Part shown: positions 55,554 through 64,000 of the stretch, piece after piece
Numbering within the stretch: position 1 is the first letter of the stretch
Layout: the number at the start of each line of letters is the position of its first letter
Assembly: GCA_965285935.1 (NCBI GenBank)
Contig: OZ260662.1
Location: forward strand, 5,208,001 to 5,272,000
DNA: 64,000 bases
DNA from: Ophelia neglecta
Taxonomy: Eukaryota
Direction of reading: 5' to 3'
Notes under the pieces: model-generated
The model's input: the letters and a program-made list of their open reading frames with translations, nothing else
Database searches by the model: none
What the model was told of the DNA's origin: nothing
Program-made: the position numbers and the translations under genes

Positions 55554-56600
55554 CATATGGACTAGGTTTGGGTTAGGGTGAAGGGTTAAGGATTGAATGT
55601 TTCAGTTAGGTTAGTAGCTTAAACCTACCCCTAACCCCTCGGATCTCGTATCAGGTTTACCAGTATGCCCTTCCGTGGAGAGAGATGCTCTGGTGAACGA
55701 AAATGACAAAAAACAGTTAAAACAACGGGCCTCCTTACCCTGGTAATCTTTGATGTTTGCCGTGGTCCCCACGACGACGGTCTGGGGTGTCCAACATTAT
55801 GGCCATTGGTGTTGCCATGATAATATGGCGCCACCTTTTGGTGTTTTTTTCTTACCAGCAGACTCAGGGAGCAGGTGATACCAGCCGGAGACGTCCTGGA
55901 GAGGAATTAGAACAGCATTAGTGTCAGGTCGGGTCAGTGTGTCTAATGAATCCTTAAATATAACTCTGCCTACAAACACCCCTTTTTCCCTAATCGCCCC
56001 CCCCCCCCCCTACATTATCAAATGGTTGGCCCCTAACGGCCGCTGTCCTTTCCATGTTAAACAAAACAGAACAACTCACAAGCGGCCAGCCCTATCATTA
56101 ACTTCATATGATCCCCAGCCGGGGTCTCCAGGAACGCTTACTGGTCATGTAAAAGGCATGGAAGCAGATGTTCATTGAATATGTATTGGACACACGACAG
56201 AAACCCGCACACAAACCTCAATTTGTTCTGAAGGCGACCTAATAACAGCTCGGGACGGGGTTCTAGGCTTAATATGTATTCGCGAACGGAAGTCTGGGTA
56301 AATGTTTCGATTCCCGCCAGTAGGGCAACCCATTGCTAATTGTGGCGGAGGTCTGGCGTCTTTTAACACTGATGAATTTAAAACTAAAATAAGATATGTG
56401 CCAGGCATATAGTTAAGGGAATTATTGAATGTATTTTGGGTCTTTATAGGTGTCGATCCAGCTCTCAGGCAATGTATAAAACGATTTATTCTCACTTAAA
56501 ATATGTAATAGTAAATAGGAGAACGCACAAATAAGGCTGTACTACACACAACTACATTTCTGTACAAACAGCCATTCGGTAGTGTTTATTACGGGATCTA

Positions 56601-56879
56601 CGGTAAATCCTCCTGAATTAACCACCTCCTTAATTAAACCGCAGAGCCATTTTTGGGATCGTCACAAAAAATCTCCAAGTTTTAATGATAATATCAAAAC
56701 CCCCGGTATAAACCGCACCCCAAAAGCAGCCAAAAGGTGGTACATTTCTCAGTACAATTGATCGTCGACAACAGGAGTGTCACATTTGAACTCACCGGCC
56801 GACATCAACGCTGTCCCATTTGGGCATTTCTTCAATCTGAAATTGCTTCAAAACTCGGTTAGTTCGGGAGGCTTTACAG
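56601..56879. mobile_element. pogo/Tigger-like MITE, TA TSD
   Basis: TA|CGGTAAATCCTCCTGAATTAA ... TTAGTTCGGGAGGCTTTACAG|TA imperfect TIRs. Confidence 0.65.
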
Positions 56880-57091
56880 TATGCACCGTTTAATGCGTAT
56901 ACTACTCCGCTTACAAACAGCACAGTATAGAACGTCCTCACCAAGATAACCCGCTCTATGCATCAAAACACCTCTGTCAGTTGAGTATGTGGAACCCGGA
57001 TGTGTTAAAAGTGTCCAAACAGGATTTACGTGTAAGAGCGAAGGGATTTGCTGGCCTGGTGGACCCGGTTGATCTAATTTGAGGCTAATGG

Positions 57092-57351
57092 TGGGAAGGG
57101 ATCAGAGAGGGATGGGAGGGCATTGGAGAGGGGGGAGGGCATGGGAGAGGGAGGGGAGGGCATGGGAGAGGGAGGGGAGGGCATTGGAGAGGGGGGAGGG
57201 CATGGGAGAAGGAGGGGAGGGCATGGGAGAGGGAGGGGAGGGCATGGGAGAGGGAGGGGAGGGCATGGGAGAGGGAGGGGAGGGCATGGGAGAGGGCATG
57301 GGAGAGGGTGGGAAGGGACCAGAGAGGGAGGGGAGGGCATGGGAGAGGGAG
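57092..57351. repeat. Purine-rich 21-bp tandem repeat (GGGCATGGGAGAGGGAGGGGA)
   Basis: ~10 degenerate copies; source of the Pro/Gly-rich spurious ORFs. Confidence 0.9.
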
Positions 57352-59526
57352 CATTCTTCTAATCTCCTATTCTTTTGGGGATCTTCTATATCTCAATGTA
57401 TGTTTTTACATTAGTTAAGACCAGCGCAGTCAATGATGTAATTCTGTGAGGTAGGGAGGAGGAGGGGTGTACAACTAGCCCCTTATCGGGCTCCGCTCAA
57501 TATCACTTATAATTATAAGATTTTTATTGATATTTTTGTGTCTATCAGCAGTAAATCATAGTCTAAGGTTGAACGTATTTAAATGGAGAGATATGGTCTG
57601 TTGGGCTAAGGCCTCAGTTGATACTGACGAGCAGAGCTTATGGGAATGGACAACCGGTAGAAGAAAATAAATCAAAGAAGCAAAGGAATGGAAATCGACG
57701 ATCTTATCGTGTTTATTTAATTTATTTATTTTACTAATTGCATGAATTGCGCAGTTTATTTCATCCACAAACGTCAAAACTAACTTCCTTATATCCGAGT
57801 CCCAAAAAAAGACACAATAACAATGATGTACACCTTTTAATGTCGATGAACGAAATTTGTGCACTTACCTATACAAATAGCCTTCTATTCTCTTTCATAG
57901 TCTATGGACTCACAAGAAGACCCCTAATAGATTCTAATAGATTTGTAAAGTAGCTCCATTGTCAAAGATAAAGCATATAGAATAATGAAGAGCCAAAGTG
58001 TAATTCTCACCAACACGTTTTTCCATTATCAGAGTTTGTGTCATTTTCAACGAGGTCTAATGCTATAAACTCTTACCCTGTTATGGGCGGTCAGGAAAGA
58101 ACTTATAACCCATGTATTTGGTCTTCATAGGCAAATGAAATTAGACAAGAAGTTACTTTATATTCCGCTTTATGCCATACAGAATACACTGGTGCCGTGT
58201 TGACATTTTATAAATTATTAGATGATAGCGGGACTTCTACTTAATGTGTCCATCTGTGTTCTAGAGAGTAAAGAGTACATGTAAACGATAAATATGAAAA
58301 ATCCTCTTCTGAGTCATCAGAGGGATCCAGGTATACCCTCAACATCTGGCTTTATGCCATGCCAATACAACGAGAGTAAATTCCCTGCAGACAAAGCCTG
58401 TCAGGAACCAGCAGCCACAGGGCCACATACACCAATCCCCAGAACCCAGACAGTAAATAAACTTGTAATGAAAATGAAAGAGAAGAAAACATAAAATTGC
58501 CAGAAAAACCTCTGTCGTACATTCATGTATTTTTCTAGCCCTGTTTCTCTCTATTCGCCTATCCAGGTACATACAATTTTGTTCCGGTGGTATCTGTGTT
58601 CCATAAATCATCTATAACTGCAGGGTATTTTTCTATCGTTTACCGTCGCGATAGTCTCAATAGTAAAAGGTCATTCCTCTCAGGTTGAACCTTTATGGCC
58701 AATAGAAATAGTTTAGAATTGTTATTATTTGGACAATTGGCGTCTGTTATATCGTATTACATCGTATACATAGTGAGTCATATCTCCTGAAGTCTTATCT
58801 ACTTATGATAAGGCACTAAACCTGAGACAAATGGCCCGAGACTCGCGTATCGTCTATCTTACACCATGTATCAGTGTTGAGTTACTGGGGAGTAATTACC
58901 GTAATGGTTGCGGGCGCCTGTTGTGAGGTGTTCTATTGATTGCCACCCTCTCAGGTGACGACTCAGAGTCTGAGAATGAGCTGGGACATGTGTTGTGGTA
59001 TAATTACTGTAGAAGGAGGAGGGGTGTGTGTGGGGGGGGGGGGGGAGGGGTCCCACTAGTTCAGATGGGCTAGTCCAGGCATAAATGCGAAAGTTGTGAT
59101 TTTATTTTTCGAGGTGGCACCCCCGAGATATTGAGATGCCGGGAACAGGTTCACAGGTGCTGTTCTTGTAAGATAAGTACAAAATCTGTGTGATTTGCTG
59201 CAGAGGGGTCTGTGGAAATGTATATAAGGTACCATATATCGTAATCTGCCTTATCAGCTTAAGACGTCGGGCTGTCGTGCTCCCCAACCTTATCTCTCGG
59301 TTGTCCGACCTGGAGACATGCGGCATGTAGCTCTCCATAATCTTGGACAAATGTAATGGTCTTTTCTTGATCTTTTACGGTGGGATACATGAGAAAAATG
59401 GTGCCAGTCTAGGAGTGTAGGGAGGATGGGTAAGGAGGAATGTGTATCATGTGTTAATGGTTAGAGCTAAACAGGGGACCCAGAGCGGATAATTCAAAAT
59501 ACAGATGTCGATAATGATCTATTTAT

Positions 59527-59648
59527 GAATGACTATTTGTGAATGAGTATTGGTGAATGACTAATTTATTTGCGAATGACTAATTTATTTGCGAATGACT
59601 AATTTATTTGCGAATGACTAATTTATTTGTGAATGACTATTTGTGAAT
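59527..59648. repeat. 19-bp tandem repeat (GAATGACTAATTTATTTGC)
   Basis: 4 near-perfect copies plus shorter flanking variants. Confidence 0.85.
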
Positions 59649-60409
59649 CGTTTGGCTGATCCATAGAAGCATATTGGAAAATAACAACGACAGCGTAAAG
59701 TGAGAAAAGGATGTGATATCAGCTCCCGGTTTTTATATCAACCGAGCACACCATCCAATACGAATACAAATATTTAACTGCCTAATCACACTTCTTTGTT
59801 GTGTTTGTTTCTTTTGAATTGTTCATCAAAGACCAACTAGTCGGCACAACGAAGTTCTAAATATATCTTAACATTCACAGCCAGAACCAAGAAAACAGTG
59901 ATCAGTGAGGACACATCCGTACTGTGAGTTTGTTGGAAGAGATAAGCAAAGAGGGTTTGGAAGGTTGAGACAGGAGTAACTAAAATAATGATATCACACA
60001 TCCAGTCAAGGTTTGGTAATAGTTCCTTTAAATCATGCGAACTTTTGAATAGTAACAATAGAAGATGTCTTTATAATTTAGCTTTATTTCTTAAAAAGGC
60101 GCAGAAAATTCATCGGGATGCATAAAATGTTGTACTTATTACATTAACTTCATATAATGTCCTATATATTAACCTGCCTGTCTTATACAATTATTACTGT
60201 ATAAACTTATTTTTGGTATCTAAATTTTGTGGTATTATCTGTATACAGTTCATATGATTACTGCTGATATTGTTTCTTTTTGTTTACCTGTCTATATGTA
60301 CTATGGAAGGCACACAAGAATGTATTTTCTTATTGCCAATAAACAAACAATTAAACAGTAATTTAAGAATGTGGGGAAACATTAAGTATCAACCAAACAT
60401 GAGTGAGCG

Positions 60410-60780
60410 GGGTCCACAACGATCTCTACCGATGAATATCGGTTCTGATGACTCTTTCAGTTGGCAGGCAATTAACCTCATAAGAACAGATCTGCATATG
60501 ACCTTCTTGGCTGGCTGCCGCCAGATCATCTCCTAGAGATCACTAGATGGACCTATATGTGGTGCACACCCTTGTTCTAACCCAATGTAATTGTATAATG
60601 TGCTGTATAAGCAGCTAGGGAGCAGCGAATTGTGCAGATCTTCCAGCTGGCTGGCAAATAAGAACAGATTTTCGTTTTTTACAAAGCGTATTTGTAGCTG
60701 AAAAATAACAAAAAAAACGATATTTTACTTTTTTTTGGACTTTTGTTCTATATTTTACATTTTAGTTTGGAACACCCCAG
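60410..60780 (-). mobile_element. Inverted copy of the 19698-20140 interspersed repeat
   Basis: Reverse complement contains ACAAGGGTGTGCACCACATATAGGTCCATCTAGTGATCTCTAGGAGA, GATCTGTTCTTATGAGG, GATATTCATC and TTCGCTGCTCCC in the same order. Confidence 0.75.
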
Positions 60781-63244
60781 AGTGAGCAAAACATGGAATG
60801 TTGGGGAAACACAGAGTGTGAAAGAACATGCAGTTAGAAATAAACGCGGAGTTCATGCAAAACACGCGATGTGCACTCTGCTTTCGAACTAATCAATATA
60901 TTTGCCTAAAGGACTCCACGAGCTGGTAGTATACTTGCTACTCTCAGTAGTAATTGGAGAAAAGATGAAAAACACACATATATATGTATATAGGAATATC
61001 GTGCATCAACATGGAAGTCATAATTTTTTATTTAGATTTCTCTCACCGCCGTTACTGCCTAGCATCGCTATTTAATATATCTAACACGTTTCCATCAAGT
61101 AATCGATAATAAATATTTATAGCTGTATGGTTTTAAAACCGAAAGTGATCACTATAATGTGGCATCCTTGTGTGATAGGGTATGGTTTCGGCATTTAGCT
61201 CTACCCGTGAACCATGAGGAGAGCAGGCGTTTATATTACCTGACTATTAGTCGGTTGTCAAGAAGATTGGATCCATCAGCCGTAGTTATGGTTACCAGAA
61301 AGGTGGATAAATGTTCTCAGACCTACAGTTGTAGCTAGAAGTCAATTTGATGTGTGAAGGGGTTGTAGATGTCACAGCCAGTAACATGAAGATCTGTAGA
61401 ATTGAAGGTGAAGCTGGGAGGAAGGAACGGGTGGGCGGGGGGGGGGGAACTGGGCTTACTACTTGACCACCCGCAGCTAAGTGCAGGAATGGAAGCCTAA
61501 AGGGGACACAGTTAACACCTAGTGTGGGGATGGGACTGTGAGTGAGTTTGTGCCAGTGTGTGAAGAGGGGGGAGGGGAGGTCATTAACATATATACAAGA
61601 TATTGTGAAAATTGAGATAATGCAGCAATGGTTTACAGTTTCCCCCAGTGACACGTTTCAACCTGACCTAAACTGTATATAGGGCGTAACAAGATATGTC
61701 TAACACAATTTTGCCTGAAAATCCCCAATGATAATTTCAGACCGATTGTATTAGAGTATCCTTGACTAACGATTTTGCTTATTTGCCGGGCATCCATCCC
61801 CGTTTTATTAATTTAATATAAATTAATAATAAAAGCACATATGATATATAATTACAGTGAAAATTCATTCAGCTAGTGTACGTAATGCATTATATCTTTA
61901 TTTTAATATATATAACTTTGTTAGTAAACCAATGGCTCACTGTCCTTCTATCATTTTTTTTCAGCCTCTTATAAATGTTAAAAGTATCAGCACCGCCAAG
62001 ATTTTTAAGGAACATTCATTTAGATACCTCTATTGCCAATACACCTCGATGTTGATTTTGTAAACTATATTGTCTCTTTTGAAAGGTTATTTTACCAAAG
62101 AGAGCGCTGACATTAGGTACCCTTGGCGATCAAATTATGTTAGGGGTTTGGTGATTGCCAGGTAAACTATCTGTGACGTGCTAATATCCTACATGAGTAT
62201 GATTCTCGACAGGTGAAGACCGGTCACCTGCCACTGTCACTCATCTTTCCTAAGTAACCCTTTGATCTCGAAACAACCATATCTTACCTTTGTAAATCCT
62301 TTTACAATTCTACCTGATAGTAATCATTGTGATGAAGCCAAAAATCAAAAGCTGGCCCATTGTATTGTATTTATCTAGTCAGCTGAAAAATGGACATGCG
62401 GTACTCAGTGCAACAGGTTAATGTTAATTTCTACTATGGCCAGATACACTTTCAGAATCTACCCTTAGCCACAGGAACATAGCCTGGGCCTTCATAGACA
62501 TATTCGTAGGCATAATTTATCATTGGATCAGTTGTTTCGTTATGTGGTTTTGAAAAATAAATTATATCTAAATCTTATTATAAAGTATGTTGTCTCTCGT
62601 ACTAGCGATTCTTGTTTAAATCATACTGAAAATCTCCATAAGAAGTAATAGTATAGTACAGGGTATTACCTTTTATTTTTCTTGTCTCGTGCTAGCCAAT
62701 GGTTCCTGGTGATTTCTACAGATTGATATAATGAATAATTCTCGACTACTAGATGTTTAGTTTTTAAGGGTTATAGATTCCCATAAATATTTCTTTCTAC
62801 TTTTAAAGGAATTCTTATATGCAAAGGACAAAATTAACAGTCCGCTTGTTATTGTTCTGTTTCATTTCGCTTGTTCAAAGCATTATCAGGCTTCCATTGG
62901 GGGATGTACCCCCTCCCTCCTTAACCGTCTAAACTGCCATCAACTCGACACACTTTTACCTTCAAATTCCTATTATCACTTGACATATAGGTACATTGGA
63001 ATTCTTGTATATTCATGATGGGTTAAAGTGGTTTTAAATTCAAACATTAAATTACCTAACTCGACCACAACGCCATGCACCACTTGTTTCAGAAGAATGG
63101 TGACCTGCAATCTTCCATATTAATTAAAGGTCAGGGAAAAAGGTCAACCGTGTCATGGCCACCAAAGAGAAGTCATCCACTGAAGTACAGTAAAATGATA
63201 CACTGAAAAGATGCTTTAGGTAGAAATGAAAAATACCTGTAGTA

Positions 63245-63615
63245 CAGTGAAACCTGTGAATTAAGACCACCAAAGGGACTGGCAAATACTGGTCTGATTT
63301 CAGAGGTGGTCTGTTTATACAGGTTATTTTACATTGAAAGAGTACACTTTGGTCTTCATATCAGTGGTCTGAATTTGCAGGTGGTCTGAATATAGAGGTG
63401 GTCTTTAAACAAATTAACAAATAATTTAGTTTTATACTTTTGAACGCACGTACAGTGCAACCTGTGAATTAAGACCACCCAAGGGACTGGCAAATACTGG
63501 TCTGTTACAGGAGTAGTCTGTTTAGACAGATTATTTAACATTGAAAGAGTACACTTTGGTCTTCATATCAGTGGTCTGAATTTGCAGGTGGTCTGAATAT
63601 AGAGGTGGTCTTTAA
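63245..63615. mobile_element. Two tandem right-truncated CAGTGAAACC-family MITE copies (63245-63409, 63453-63615)
   Basis: TA|CAGTG(A/C)AACCTGTGAATTAAGACCACC...GAGGTGGTCTTTAA; highly similar to 39957-40134. Confidence 0.85.
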
Positions 63616-64000
63616 CACTTTGGGTGCCGTAGGTAAAATGCGAGTCGTAAATCTGTGGTGCCATGCATAAAATGCCAAAATGGCCTTAACAGTGCCGCGC
63701 GTTTTCTGGGATATTGGCGAAAATTCCTTCTTGCTGCGTTACAAATCTCACAAAATGTTTTATACAAATCACAGGTATATCAAACTATACATTTTCTGAA
63801 TCCTTATGTGCTCCTCTATGTTTTAAAATGTGGCTTATCATTGTGTGACCATTATGTGTCTATCAGTGGGGCCTTAATGGGATTCCAAACTCTATTATTT
63901 TGTAAACATTCAAAACATTGATTCATGTTTAATTTGTTTTCACCTTTGAGGATAACTTAAACAACAAATTTATGTACAACAAACATCATTTTAATAATCA

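Larger units (their letters stand above)
52894..55895 (-). pseudogene. Decayed C2-PDZ-RGS3-like gene: exon remnants 55739-55895 (C2 end), 55631-55689 (PDZ start), 54178-54329 (PDZ end), 53163-53206, 52894-53041 (paralog of RGS exon 2)
   Basis: After pyrimidine-rich AG acceptors: DVSGWYHLLPESAGKKK(+1)HQKV (cf. RGS3 EISGWYYLLGEHLGRTKHLKV); ILVNLIRDPRG*G; (R)YSKGCVALEFLRP; SKSKN (cf. RGS3 RKSKNL); (R)AKDL...KLSLESALGW...EALL (cf. AKDM...PSLDTALSW...DALL at 14750-14898). Frameshifts and stops present. Confidence 0.7.

Noticed and set aside
57074-57414. Pro-rich or Gly-rich proteins from overlapping ORFs
   Set aside because: All frames are open only because the 21-bp repeat lacks stop codons.

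Overview
AT-rich, repeat-dense eukaryotic genomic DNA, most consistent with an invertebrate (lophotrochozoan/mollusc-like; inferred from repeat and TLR style, not proven). Left to right: a near full-length frameshifted LINE with a second LINE 3' end nested in its ORF1 (~148-6140, -); a TTAA-flanked Kolobok-like non-autonomous transposon (6763-8563); an intact 4-exon, ~180-aa R4/RGS3-type regulator of G-protein signalling gene largely invisible in the ORF track (14522-18991, +); and a ~10-kb-unit tandem array (~21640-47810). The array holds three intronless full-length Toll-like receptors (-) alternating with two truncated, signal-peptide-bearing TLR N-terminal ORFs. A CR1/L2-type LINE remnant follows, then scattered exons of a decayed C2-PDZ-RGS3-like gene on the minus strand (~52894-55895) converging on the intact RGS gene. 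The most interesting system is the repeated full-length TLR plus putative secreted TLR-fragment cassette. It has a diversifying ectodomain with a hypervariable insert, a homogenised TIR and a minisatellite-derived tail, and it lies between two inverted RGS3-family paralogs. All comparisons were made by eye; no database searches were run.
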